Assembly: GCF_006345805.1 (NCBI RefSeq)
Contig: NC_042998.1
Span: forward strand, 123,380,001-123,444,000
Source: Octopus sinensis
Taxonomy: Eukaryota
Reading direction: 5' to 3'
Length of the DNA stretch: 64,000 bases
Each line of letters starts with the position of its first letter. The first letter of the stretch is position 1. The notes below the pieces were generated by a model that was given only the letters and a program-made list of their open reading frames with translations, was not told the DNA's origin and searched no databases. A program made the translations under genes and the position numbers. Shown here in pieces: positions 26,096 to 40,069 of this stretch.

Positions 26096-27289
26096 TGATG
26101 TCACTCTCTCACTCTCTCTCATGCACTCACCCATATACACGTCCGTTTCATATACACATACATACATATTTCACTCTCTCCTCTGTTTCATTTTAAAATA
26201 AAATAAATGAATAAATAAATAAAATATTACGGAAATCAACGAACAAAATTTCCTGTTCATTTTGGCATTGTGAGATTTTTTTCATTTCATGTTTATTTCG
26301 TTCATTGTTTGCAGTATTATCTCTCTCTCTCTCTCTCTCACACACTCACACACACACACATACATACACAAACACCCACACCCACACAAGCACAAGCACT
26401 GTCTCTCTAATATGAATATACATACTCTTTCTGCAATATAAAACCACACTCACACTCTTGTGTTCGTTATGTATATGGTAAATGAAAGACGGAACATGGA
26501 ATATACGAGAATTTTGATTTTTTAATCGTGACAACTGTTTCAGCACATCTAGCTAGCATCGATCTCTCACCGCCGGATGCTCCCGGAACAATTGTCCTGA
26601 TTATTAATTAATATTCTCGTATATTCGATCTTCCGTCTTTAACTTACCATATATATTCATATGCGTGTGTCTGCGCGCGTGTGTGTGTCTGAGTGTGTGT
26701 GTGTGTGTGTATGTGTGCGTGTGTGTATGTGTGTATTTGTGGGTGTGTGTCAGTGTCTGTGTGAGCACATCTATGTAGGTATATATGGATATAAATTTGT
26801 ACATGATTATATTTATTTATGTAGGTCTATGAATGTACTTATGTATATATGCGTGTGCACAAGCGAATGCAAAATGGACACAAACAAACTCATTGCTTTG
26901 AAAATCATTAATTAAAAGATTTGCTTCAAAATATTATTTTGGAAAATTGGGTAAACCTCAATGAAATATCCTGATTTCGATTGCTTGTAGCCAAAATTGA
27001 AATCAAAAGTGCGTTTTTGAAGCAACCGTTTTCGCGATTATCGCTCACAAAGGTTCTTAAAAAAAGAACACGAAGGTAAAACTTTTCTTCAAACTTTCAT
27101 TTCACATTTCTAAAAATATTCACACAGTCGAAATCCAAAAGAAAACAGGAACTTGGATAGGAGCAACTCTGAGTCCTAGGAAGCGAAGCCTTTCAGTTGT
27201 AATGTTTTAAAGTGTAACCTATATTTTTACTGAGTCTTGTCATTGCTTCTGGTAAATCAATAAAGATTCATACATACATGCATACAAGG

Positions 27290-27620
27290 TTTTGTTCAAC
27301 CAGGGTTTGCAGGATGTCCTATTCATGTTCTACAGATCTTCGAGTACGAGGCTCGTCTTCTAGGCTGTAGTTTCCGGCTCAGAATTTCTGGAACCACGGT
27401 TGACATTGGCTTACGCTTATTGTCCGATCCACATATACTGCATTGATATTCCTCGCAGGTTCCGTTGCGTTGTTGCTTTTATTGAACTCATAAAACAAAT
27501 TATGCCGAAAATACCGAATAGGCTCCTTTTTCACTTTCATTATAGCTTTGAAAAAATAACTGCTAAAATCGAACTGCACTCTTCAAAACTTGCACTAAGA
27601 ATAAGTACAAGGTAAACTTA
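27290..27620 (-). mobile_element. mariner transposase 5' fragment (HTH region)
   Basis: KEPIRYFRHNLFYEFNKSNNATEPARNINAVYVDRTISVSQCQPWFQKF..EDEPR. Confidence 0.8.
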
Positions 27621-28055
27621 CTATCTGCTTTTATAGCAAGTTCATGCGGGTAGTTTATCCCATCCCCCTTCAACTTTAATTCATACAATTGAAAAAAAAA
27701 CCTCATTATCTATGGAATGGCCCAACACGTACAATTTTACAGTTTCACATATGCACATACTAACACACACATACAGACATACATATATGTGCGAACTGGT
27801 ACGTTCTTGCCGTTAAAATCTAAAAACTGTCTCACACTTCCGCTTAGTCAGAAGTCAATCATGTGAATTAACACATGTAGGTTTTTGTCTTAGGTTTACT
27901 CTCTCATTCTTTTTATGACCTTGACTCCTTTCCTCAATTAATTCCCTTTCCATTAAATTTCCTCTTTTGTCGAAGGAAGGACTATATCTTCAACATTATA
28001 CTTTCACTAGCTTACTTTATAACCGTATTTCCTTTTAGAATGCCAACTTAATCAT

Positions 28056-28263
28056 TTCTATAGGAGGGACAAGGCTTCAGATTCGTGGGGAGGAGACTAG
28101 TCGATTACATCGACTGCAGAGTTTCACTGTTGCTTAATTTGTCGACCCTGAAAGGAAAAATAAGCAAAGTCGACCTCGGCGGAATTTGAACACGCAACGT
28201 AGCGACAGGTGAAATACCGCTAAGCATATCGTCCAGCGTGCTATTCTGCCAACTCACCGTCTT
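28056..28263 (-). mobile_element. tRNA-derived SINE
   Basis: Reverse complement of the family consensus (gtcgacctcggcggaatttgaac..gaaataccgctaagc). Confidence 0.85.
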
Positions 28264-28329
28264 ACGCAAACTTATATTAGTTGCAAAATACCCTCGGATT
28301 TTGTTACCTCTCATCTATGATTGGATTTG

Positions 28330-28378
<49 letters not shown>

Positions 28379-29204
28379 CGCGTGTGTATGTTTGTGCGTG
28401 CGTATGTGCATACATATGTATATTAATGCGTGTGAAAGGACTTATGTATCTGCCAATAACGGCATACACACTTTGACACGCATACAGAAGCACTTCCACA
28501 TATAACTTTGCTTATGGCAGTGTGTATACCTGCGTATATGACTGTACGTTGTAAAAGTCTAACTTCACGCAAACTCTCATGAAATATTTTCATATATATA
28601 CGTTTTAGTTATTTTTAAACAATATACGTATATGTGTGTGAGCGTGCGTGTGTGTATGTATGCATGTGCGGGTGCGTGCGTTATAATCCCCTATTTTAGT
28701 ATGTGCATTTGTTATTTTATTTCAATTTTTTTTACATTGAAATCTAACATGGCTGCAGTTCGGATCACTGTTACTAAGTTACGCTTTCGATTTGGGAGTT
28801 ATGTTTGGTAGCAATTACACAAAAAAAAAATAAATAATGAAAATGAAATACAATTTTTCAATTCCCAGTATAAAATACTATCAAACTTTTGCTATATATT
28901 TAAAGATTATAAAACAGAAAGTGAAAGCATTTTTTTCTTCAGCAAAATATAATTTGTTTTTATCCTACGAGTCAACTGAGGGACTTTCTTCACGAATATA
29001 TGCTAAAATTAGTCTTAAGCCTATGCTTCATGCACGAATCTCTTTTGCAATATGTAATTATATTTTATCACAATAGCAAAATTATTGACTATGCATATAA
29101 AGAAGAAAAAAAAAACTTGGGGAAAAAGATTACATCTGTTTGAAAAATGTAAAAGAATTCCACAAAAATATCGATATTAAAAGAAATTTCAAATAATAAT
29201 AATA

Positions 29205-29782
29205 ATACTGAGAAATTTTTGCACAAGACATCAAATTTCTTTGTAGGAGGATAGACTATTATATTAACAACTGGGGAGGAAGTTAAAATTGGTCTCGGCG
29301 GAATTTGAACTCAGACCGTAAACAGTTGGTAGATATGCCTCTAAGGAGTTTGTCTGAAGTTCCAACTGTACTAAAACATCGCCTTAACTACATAAACAAC
29401 GACAATAACAAGAGAAATAATCCTTTCTACTATAGGCTGAGGAGGTTTAGTCGATTACACAACGGTGAGGAGGTTTAGTCGATTACATCGTACTTCGTAC
29501 CTGACTGGGACTTATTTTATTAACCCCGAAAGAATGAAAGGTAAAATCAACCACATTTGAAAGCAGAATCTAAAGTCGGAAGAAATGACGATAAGCATTT
29601 TATCAGATATACTAAAGGTTCTGGCAGCTCACCACTCTATTGAAAATGTCAATGGTTTCAAATTTTGGCGCGAGGCCAGCAAGTTCAGGGGAGAGTGGAA
29701 GTCGATTAGATCGAGCCCAGTCCTCAACTGAGATCGTTCTAATCAACCAGCGTAATAACAATTCAGCCAGCTCACCATCCTG

Positions 29783-29834
<52 letters not shown>

Positions 29835-30046
29835 CGATTTCAAATTTTTGTCACAAGGGCAGTTTGAGGGAGGGGATTAACTCGATTGCTTCGACTCCAG
29901 TGTTTCACTGGTACTTAATTTATCGACATCGAAAGGATGAAAGGCGAAGTCGACTTCGGCGGAATTTGAACTCAGAACGTAGCGACGGGCGAGATACCGC
30001 TAAGCATTCCGTCCAGCGTGCTAACGGTTCTGTCAGCTCGCCGCCT

Positions 30047-30047
<1 letters not shown>
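29205..30047 (-). mobile_element. Stack of four co-oriented SINE copies with (TAA)n spacers
   Basis: Copies at about 29205-29390, 29415-29637, 29655-29780 and 29833-30047; the last is the most intact. Confidence 0.75.
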
Positions 30048-30116
<69 letters not shown>

Positions 30117-30699
30117 CGACAATAAGAAAAGTGCGATGCGATTTTTAATAGAGATTTTTTATTTAACTGTTTGAACAATATTTCATCAGATCATCTGTCT
30201 TCAGGTTTAAAATGAAAAATGAAATAAATTACAGAAAGACAGAAATGCAAAATTTATACGAGAAAATCGTGTGTTCCTCTTTAGATACAATTATATCATC
30301 GGTTTCCACATTTATAACTGGTAAAAGAAAAACGAAGAAAATAGAGAGGATAGAAAAGAATAACAGAAAAAGAAACAGAAAATAAATGCAAAGTAGGAAA
30401 AAGTATACTTAGTCGAACAGTAAATGTGATGAAATTCAACCGTCATTTTGTTCACTCTTGTAGGGCGTGATATTAGTTATTCACAAATAAATTTGTCCTC
30501 ATGCATACACGATAAAAGAGCAAGATCTGTCTAAGAGTGAATGGACTCTGTGGATGATCTCTAAAGGTGGATGGATTCTGCCGATTAAGCAATTAAGCAG
30601 TGATAATAATGAACAATATATTTCTCAACCTGTGGAGTGAGCCCAGAGTATTGGGCGGGTGCCCAGCGCAGGATAGCAATGTTAAACTTTGAAGAGTAG

Positions 30700-32420
30700 A
30701 GAGACCCCTTTGAGTAGTTTGAAGCAAATCCCTCTAGAGATGATGTCTCGATAAAAATATTGCTGTGACACCTTATTATCACTTACGTCACTATGAAAGT
30801 AATGGATAAAAGAATTAATACAAACAACGGCGTAAATGAGGACGGAACATCAGGTGACGGATTCTCACCCGGCAGATGTCCTGTGGGCAAGCAGGAGAAG
30901 CTAGAATTATATGGTCTGCAGTGATGAATGTAGATGTCATAGAATGCTATTTCTGAACCGACCTGTTGATACTGAAGAAAAGCCTTATAAGAGGATATGA
31001 AAAGAGAATGCACGGTAACGGGATGGAGACGCAGGGTTTGGATATTATGTAAGATGAAGTGTGTTCAGACAAGGATAATAAGGAATAACGGATAGTTAGC
31101 CGCATATGAACATGATAAGAGGGTCGCAATTAAACACACAATGAATGAAGATGTAGTATTTACAAAGGAAATCAACGAGGCTGTATTAAATGAAAGTTTT
31201 CTGGAGAATGCTGTTGGGTTAAGTCTTGAAACCGTAGAGGGACTAGCGATGAACAGAGGCATGATCGAAGACATCACTGGTATTATTGAGAAATATTTGG
31301 ATGTGGAAATAAACAGATTCAAGAAAGTGGATAGAACTTCGCTCAGGGGTGGACTCGCATAGTGAATAATGTACCGAAATTAATTAAGACTGATAATATA
31401 CCTGGAACGAATCGATTGATTAACGTTTGTTTCATCTACATAGAACAGAAAGTAGCTCTTGAACCGTAAAAGCGGAAACGTTGTGAAAAACACTTAGTGG
31501 AAAAGAAGGATAAAGCAATTAATCAACTAACTGCGGAAACATATCAACAAACTGGAAAAAAGAAACAAGGTGTAATCAGGAAGAAGGAGGACTATCAGGA
31601 ACTAAAACGTAGGTATCGCATCACGAAAAAGGAGTTAAATGAGGTCCGTGAAGATTTGAAAATGACTCTAGGTTACAAATACACAATTTAAGAGACATGA
31701 TCCACGAATTGAACAGAATAAGATGAAGAGATTATTCCAACAAGATGGGAAAAGGATTTATCAACAGTTGAACGGAAATCTTAACATGCTGAGAAAGTAG
31801 GTGTTTTTGGAATCACATCTGCGATAAGGGGAGAAATCATAAGAAAGATGCTGAATTAAAAGCGGAGGAAAATGAAGTGAAACAGAACAATATTAGGATA
31901 ACAATTGAGATGGTGATCGAGCAGACAACAAAGGTTTCGAACTGGAAATGTGCAGGACCGGATGAGTTACCAGGTTACTAGATGAATGTTTACCCAGCAT
32001 TACACGAAAAGTAACTTTGCAAAACTATGAAATGATCTTGAGAGGACATTTAAATGATGCAAGCATAAACCAAAAGGCGTAGCCGAGAATAATGAGTACA
32101 AGATCTTGTGAGATTTTACAATCCAGTGTGATCCATTGTTGTAGTTGATAAAATGATGAAGTAATTCAAGTTCATAGATACTGCCATACCCGGGGACGTA
32201 TGAAAGGATGATAAATAACTGAAAAAGATTGAGAAGTACAAGCACCTAATAGATGAGTTTTCACGAATATGGCAGACGAAGAAAAAGTGACTGACATCCC
32301 AGTAGTTGTAGAGTATTAACAACCAAGTTTGAGAAATTTGGTGGAGAAAATGAGGGTGGAACATGCTCAGAAATCTGCTTTATTGGGGACACTGAGGATT
32401 TTTGGATCGGTACTTATAAG
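30700..32420 (+). mobile_element. R4/Dong-like LINE with RT core deleted
   Basis: 5' sequence ctagagatgatg..caaacaacggcgt.aatgaggacggaac aligns with 3064-3160. After WKCAGPDELPGY (~31940-31980) it jumps to endonuclease-region KPKGVAENNEYKIL*DFTIQCD..IDTAIPGD..KIEKYKHL. Confidence 0.82.
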
Positions 32421-34899
32421 TTAAATATCAATTTACAGTAGCGTTTTACGTTAAAACAGAATGTAAATATTGTAAAAAGGAATAACTCAATGCTGTGGAC
32501 TCCTAAAACGTTTAATGAATTACTCCGTGTGAAATAAAGTTCAAATACAGATATTCATTTATTATATTTGCAAATAACCTAGACGTATGAGCGTTACATT
32601 AAAAGTATACCTCTCCACGGAATTCCAAGACACACGTTCATGAAATGAAGTTATAATCCAGCTAAACGAAAATCTTCCACCTCATGGTGTTGATTACATT
32701 GGTCGAAAGATTGTTATGTAATTGTCATATTGCAGCCACTCCACAGAAATATGCACAAGAAGTTTCTGACAGTTTTCCAATTCTATATTTTCTGTTTAAC
32801 TATTCCATCTGTGAACCGTTGCAAGCTGTTTGATCACCTTACATGATTTTATGAAAGGAAATTCAAATTTTGGACGCGGTTTATAATCAACTGTTCAGCT
32901 AAGAAATTTTAGAATTTTCTCCTCTTTTTATCGTTTTTTTCTTTCATTCATTTTTGTTTCGGTTTTTCTTTGTTTTATTTGTCTCTGTCTTTTTCTGTAT
33001 TTTTTGACATTGTAGTATTTGAACAGAGATGATATTCTATGAATGGCTTAAGGTGCATTCATGTAATAGAATTTAATTACACCGCTACTTTACATATTTC
33101 TATATATAAAAATTAACATTTTGTTCTTTTTAATCTTAAGCTATCAAACACGTCTATCTATACATTCAAATCTATCTTTATGAATGCAGCCAATCTCACA
33201 TTCCTTTAGGTATTTGGTTTCGCTTCCTGTATATTCTCATTTTTAAGTTTGGCACTTTCATTGTTCAGCTTTTATTGCCTAGTCTTATAATAATTCCTCA
33301 GATATCTGTGAGTGGGAAAAGATCAGGGCTTTCCATTGCTTGTATTCACAATGCCTTCAGCATGCTAAAGCAAATATGTGCTAAGTAGGGCAGGAACAAA
33401 ATATCTCATATTTACAGTTTCAAATTCTGTGATATAGTTACTCCGACTGAATGACAAAATACTACAAAGTAAATCTCTGCTATATCTACAGATAAGAAAT
33501 CATCAAAAGCTGAGTCAGAACAATATAAGTATCAATATAATTAATGTGAATAGGAAAAGTATTTAAGAATACAAAATCTAAAGATGGACATTTTGATTAT
33601 GGCAACAAAATAATCGACTTTTTATATTTTTATGAACCAATCAATAGTAGACCCTTTTAAGACATAATAGCAACTACAGCACAAAAGAAAAACACCAGCC
33701 TGGCTATCTAAGGCTTAGAGAAAATAGATGCAATCATCCTTATCAAGCAAATAAACAAAATAATCTATAGAACACAATAGTTACTGAGAAAAGCAGATAT
33801 TTGTCATACAGGAATTTCAAAACCCAGTTAAACAACGCGGAAACAAATAGATAGAAAGATATAAAAAAGGAAAATAATTTCTTAATCATTTATGAAATCC
33901 AAATAGGAAAGAAAGGTAAAATTAGAAATTGAGATAATGCTGTAGAAACATAACAAAGAAAATATAGTACCCGAAATCAAAGAACATTTGAAACAAAAGA
34001 TGATTTCTAAATTGTAACAAGTTCTTATTATGAAAAGCGACCGTTCTTTGAGCAGACCAAACAGTACGACTCCACACCAACGCGATTTTACTATGACGTA
34101 AATCAATGCCTCGCCAACAGTAAGCCAAGTAGAATAATTTTACGGGGAATTATGGATATCAAAGCGATTACTTTAAGCGAGATTGTTAGAAACATAAATT
34201 TCAATATATAAAAAAATCTAAGCAGACAATAGCAAGAGAGGGTGTAGCTCAGACACAATGTTTAAAAAAAGAATAGCTTCCACGTCACTGGACGAAGTGG
34301 TAAATTTCAAAATCACTGAATGAAATACTTAACATACACTCATAAAGAACTTGCCACATATCAATTGTTTGCTATAAAGAGCAACAAAAATTCGAGGTTA
34401 TGTTCTAAGGTTGAGCTCAGGAAGAGATTTGCCGGCATTGACATACTACACAGCTATGGTTCATGTTGCAGGTCAATGAACGAAGGTGGAAAAGATATCC
34501 AGTGAATTAACGTCTGTGAAGAGAAATGATGAAGATGAGTGGTAGGTCTACAAGTAAGATTACTGCATGCATAGCACAAGAAGGACAAAACGTATGGTTG
34601 GTAAGATCAGCTATCAGCTGTTTGCAACTAGGTACTATCGTCGAGTAAAGACCATTGTAGTAGTGTTAAAAGAAGAGGAGTGACCATAAAATGTGTTTTT
34701 GATCTATCGGTTACAGGATGGATGCTGGTGAGTTAGTCCTTCTCACTTTAATGCCAATAACTAAAGAACAATAAGTAAAAATAAGAGGCGGAGCCTTACA
34801 TTTTGTTACCGTTATGATACGTATCCTGTGAGTCATAATATCAGAAATATATACATTATCGGCTGTAAATAATACAAAATTCACAGAATAAATGCAACG

Positions 34900-35900
34900 A
34901 AAGCTGATATGGGGGTAGGAATCAATGACTGATGAACAAAGTCATAAGACTGAATCTGGGGATGGCATGGATTGATTACATGAAAGCTATTTCAATTACT
35001 GGAAATAGTAGATATAGGTAACAATACTCAACAAACAAAATATCTCAGGAATTAATGACAATCTTGTCAATAGAAAAACAAAAGAAAATATAAACTCAAG
35101 TCTTATTCATATTCCAAGGAGACTAGCGTCAGATACTGTTTCTCTACTCTAGGTTAACATTTTTGACAAACATGCTAAACCAGACTGGACTCGAATGCAA
35201 ATGCTTTGAGAGAATGACGGATAATTAATCATCCTTTGTATATAGATTACTTCAAGCTATACGTTCAAGATGGTAAATAACTAGAAACAATGTTATATAC
35301 AGTACATGAATTCAGTGGAAGAATTTGACATGAAATTCAGTTTATTGAGTGTGTCAATACAACTTTGAAGAGAAGAAAATTAATAAACACTATTTTCCTC
35401 ATGTAAGATAAAGGAACAAAGATAAAATTGTTAGACCAAATACAGACATACACATTCTTAAGAATTAATGCACTAGACAGTGAACAACATAGGCACATGA
35501 GAAGCTAGGTTATAAAACAATATGTAGACGCATTAGAGTACTACTTTAAACTGAGCAAAATTCGAAACATATCATAATCAGCAACATTACAGTACGTGTA
35601 CGAGTAATATTCCAGTTATAATCTTCTGAACAGAAGCTAAATAAATTAGTAATGTTAGACACGAAAACAGGTAAAATAATTACTGAATTAGTAGACAGCA
35701 AACAACCACTAATAGTAACATATATTATTTACCAAATACAGAAACGTGGGTAGGGTTCTTTCTGTATGTATAAAATTAGTGTACAATATTGACTGAAATT
35801 AGTTTACAATAGTACACTAATACAATAGTGTAAAATTAGTATACAATAAGACTAGATGAATATCAATTAATCGAGAAGAAATTTAGACAGCTCACAGTCT
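34900..35900 (+). mobile_element. Heavily decayed R4-like RT remnant
   Basis: NLGMAWIDYMKA (~34950), NHPLYIDYFKLY (~35230) and a degenerate MKFxLxxC motif. May extend upstream to about 33900. Confidence 0.55.
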
Positions 35901-37632
35901 CTCTCAGCTGAAAACGACAATAGTTGTCCTTGTGGAATAGCTACCTGTTGTGTAGAAAGTGGATATTGCACAGATATCTTTTCTGAGATGATATCCGAAG
36001 CTGGGTATCAAAGTTTCATCTCTTCATATTTAAACTTATTTGTTTTCGCTTTGGATATAGTAGTGTTTTTTCTCGCTGAAATATTAGTAATGAAAGACTA
36101 GATTACTAAAGGAGAGCTTTAGTAATCTAGTCTTTGTTTCCATTCGTTGAACATGACTAAGCTAGAAGAGATTTTGCTGCAGCATTGTCTTCTATACTAG
36201 AAAACATTCTCTGGGATAATGCTTTTCCAAGCCTTGACTTTCCAGAGGAAGACAATAATCTGTTACAGATCTTTTACCACGCAGGCATGAATATATTCGT
36301 ACCTATTTGCAGTATACGGTTGATATTTCAGTTTGTAAAGTAAGCCAATAGCGACATTAATCGGTATACTTAATTTCACTTGAAAAAGGAGCTTATTACC
36401 CCACAGTTGTTCCATCAAATTTCCAGCTACCGAGCTGACTTTTCATATACTGTGATTTAGTTAGCTACTGAGGCTATCATCAATGCCTGATTTACTAAGC
36501 ATATGGGTAAGTTGGTTTACTTACAGCAACATCTGACATTCAGGATTTGACTATTGAAAAGAAAAGAAAAGAGTTTCTTGCTTGCGGATACTAATATTTC
36601 AACAAAACGATGCAGGTGCACCCACAACAAGAAATAGCAGATTGTCCAATAATTATAATATAGAAAAAGACAACAGAAGAAACTATTTTCTATATCCCAA
36701 TATAAGCGAATTGAGAATTGAGAATTGTAATAGATTAGATTTTGCTGATTATGTTATGTTTGAAATTTGGCTATTACATAGATCCCATGACGAAAGCGCA
36801 TCTATGTAATACTCATCTATGTAATAAAGACAGAGTAAAACTAGAAACTTTATTTAGCACTAAAATTGTTTCGACTGCGTCTACAATGCCCCCTAGTGGG
36901 TATGGAACGATGTAATGGCATCGATTGCATCACACGTACGAGGATCCCAAACAGGTGACGTAATATGCTTCAAAAGTTATAAGATATATATTTCGCTTCG
37001 TTTCAAGTCGGATGCTGGTGGTGTGCTCATCGATATGAACTACTTGCAATACCCCATCAACATCTAATTTATTACAATAGATGGGTGAATAACTAAAATC
37101 TGGGTTGAAAATAATGTTATAAATGCGCACTAAGAGTTTAGCAAAAAAATTCACTTTATTCTCAGTTCATAAGGAATATATATAAAAGAGAAGCGAATAC
37201 GAAAATACTCAACAGTAGTAAAACTGCAAGGCAAGAAGCTGAACTATGTAAAAAAAAAGTACATTACAAAATGTTAAACCACATATCAATCCGGACAGAA
37301 GATAATATATACCTAAACGAAAAAAGGGAGATAATGTAATCAACCGAGATGCAGTAACATCTTTTGGTACATAAACACAATGAAATAGAAAAAAAGTTTT
37401 ATGTAAATTGGGGAAAATTGAGGAATATAAATATTTGCAGATCAAAGACACTAAACTGACTGAGCACATAAGAATGAGGGAATGAGCGAACAAATCCGAA
37501 AAGGTCCTGCAACGTGTGAAACGTCTTGAAAATTTAGATACAGTCAAGTAGTCATAGAGACGTGAGCACAAAGAATATTACACAATATTGCATATACAAT
37601 TATGCATGCATACATACATATACTAATGTTTG

Positions 37633-37694
<62 letters not shown>

Positions 37695-37739
37695 ATATAG
37701 TGAGAATTTACAAAAAGAAAAAAAAACACAAGACGGAGA

Positions 37740-37870
37740 CGGGTGTGTAAACAACAAACAGATGTATTAGTTTAACACTCGGGAAGTGAGAAAGTCTTTT
37801 ACGTTTCGAGCCTACGCTCTTCGACAGGAAGGAACACAGAAATAAACAGGGAGAGAAAATAGCAAAAGGA
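37740..37870 (-). mobile_element. PLE pseudo-LTR containing a minimal hammerhead-like motif
   Basis: Minus strand cttcCTGTCGAagagcgtaggctcGAAAcGTAaaag (37796-37831); homologous to 60575-60700. Confidence 0.7.
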
Positions 37871-38019
37871 TTGGTGGCTAGCGATCTATCATGGCGAATG
37901 CCGGACAGAGGGGTTACACAAGAGAAAGAGTAGCCTGATTCCGCCATGAATGACCATCGGATTGCCCCTAGAAGTTACCCTCCGAGGCACAAGTCCGAGC
38001 AATTTTGTTTATGGAAGAC

Positions 38020-38330
38020 CAGCAGTCGCCCATGTCCAGAATCTCCCAACACTCCATAAGGACTCCAAGGTGAAGGAAATTCTACGCACCCAGAAAATCA
38101 TTAAATGCAGTAAACAACCAAAGCCATTAATGATGATCCTCACAAATGCCAAATTATTTTCAAGAATAAAGAACGCAAGAGTAAAACGTGTGATCGTCCT
38201 AACTGCGGTATATATCCCAATCTTTTGGAATGATCAGAATTCCATTTTAGACATGGGCAAAAATTAATTGAAAGTAATGATAACGGAGACGTGGTCTGAT
38301 CTTGTAAAGTTATTTATGTGACTGATGCTA
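38020..38330 (+). mobile_element. Penelope-like RT-endonuclease linker fragment
   Basis: NLPTLHKDSKVKEILRTQKIIKCSKQPKPLMMILTNAK..VKR resembles the PLE linker (IIKSxRQPxNLKxILTxAK). Confidence 0.6.
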
Positions 38331-40069
38331 ATGACGATAGTATCTATGCAAAAGAAGTTGAAATTCACAAGATTGAAATAGCGAGCACTTGGGTTTATGA
38401 GGCATGGTACTAAAGGAAAAAAAAACAAAAACACATGTGAGAACTCCGAATACCGAAGTCTAGAAAATATTTGCTTTCTAAAAAGGCAAAGGGGCAGATG
38501 TTTTCTACATTTATCAGATTATAATAGTCGATTTTCACAACTGCATGAATTATTTGTGCCACTAGCTTGCTGGCCATATTCGAAATTGTTTACTCTACTA
38601 GAAATCTCCCAGTCTCTATACCCACAGAACTCTGGAGTGAACCAGTTTCCAACCGCTTTAGGCAGAGTTTTGTCCGAAAAGCCGATGCTTGTCATGGTCT
38701 TGTCTCTTTTATTAAACTTGCACTGGTAAACGCTTGCTCCCATTACTCTTGCATATCCATTGAGTTTGATGTCGACTACTTCAATTTTTCATATATTCGG
38801 TACCATGCCTGCAACTTCATCCGATTGAAATATACAGGCTAACCAGTGCGTAATTTCTGAAGAAATGTTTCGCAACACATATAGTCTCTGAAACAATGGG
38901 TAAACAATATAAATGCACAAGATGATTTACAAGATGATGGTATAAGATGATTTACCAGTAACGGACAAAACTTAAAAACTGAGTCAGCTCCAGCGACTGA
39001 CCATTTGGCCTGACGCATGGCGCTGTAAAGACGTGTGATGAAAAGGGTCTCAAAACCGACTGCGCTTAAAAATGCATGGCAATTACCAGTGATTGATGAT
39101 GTGAATTACAGTCTAATTGTCTATGTCACCTTCTCTGCTCGCGTCATTTGAAGGTGGCTCCATTAATCCTAAATCTCAGAACTGAGAATGTTCCTTCTGT
39201 GTTGCTATTAGGGGCTTACGAATCCCAAAACATTAACAAGCAAGTGTAGCATTAATGCTTAAAGTTCAGAAAGCATATTATCCAAATTCGTTTAATTTTA
39301 CCTTCACCCAACCTGTTAGCTCAAAATTCCACTTCTCTTTTGTGAGTAGAAGAGTAGGGATTGTCAGGTGAAACATATTCTAATCTTATTTAGATTATAA
39401 ATAGAGATTGTCTTTCAGTTTTGTTGTACCAGTGATAGTAATTTTTCTTATAGACCCGTTTGAATATGCCTACTGTTGGACTAAAAGTTGCATATCATAC
39501 TCATGTCTAATTTTATAGCCATCAGAAAATGTAAATAATTGTTTCAAACATTTTTCATTTATAATTAATTGTTATGTTTCCTGATATCTGCCTGGATTAA
39601 GACATGTGTGATTCATTGCAAGCATATAGCTTGTATCCAAAACACTAAATAATACAGAAACTGTAACGACATTGCGACACAACTGAATATGCTATCACCG
39701 ATTTCAAGAAATAACATTGCTTTATTTGAAGCATTACTAGATAATCTATGAAACAGGATCCTCGAACTTTGTTTTCATAACATACCTGATTTATCTAATA
39801 TAAGAGTTTTTAATTATTTTAAGTTTCACAATACGCAATCAAATGAATACTTTATAAATCCAACTCTAGTATGAAGTTAATGCATAATATTTCTTAAGAA
39901 ATGCTTTAAGGAATCCTTTTCTGGAGCAATGTACTAATAAAGCCTTCCGGAATAACTGCGACTGATAATGAATTTTAGGTGTGCATATATATATATAATA
40001 TATATATATATATATGAAATAAAATCTGAACAACTGATTCTGTATTCATATAATTTACATTAGTATATT

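Noticed and set aside
30610-30680. GC-rich stem-loops upstream of the Dong-like copy as an HDV-like ribozyme
   Set aside because: Only simple hairpins (gccca/tgggc, cctg/cagg) are visible; I could not assemble the nested double pseudoknot. A descriptor search would be needed.
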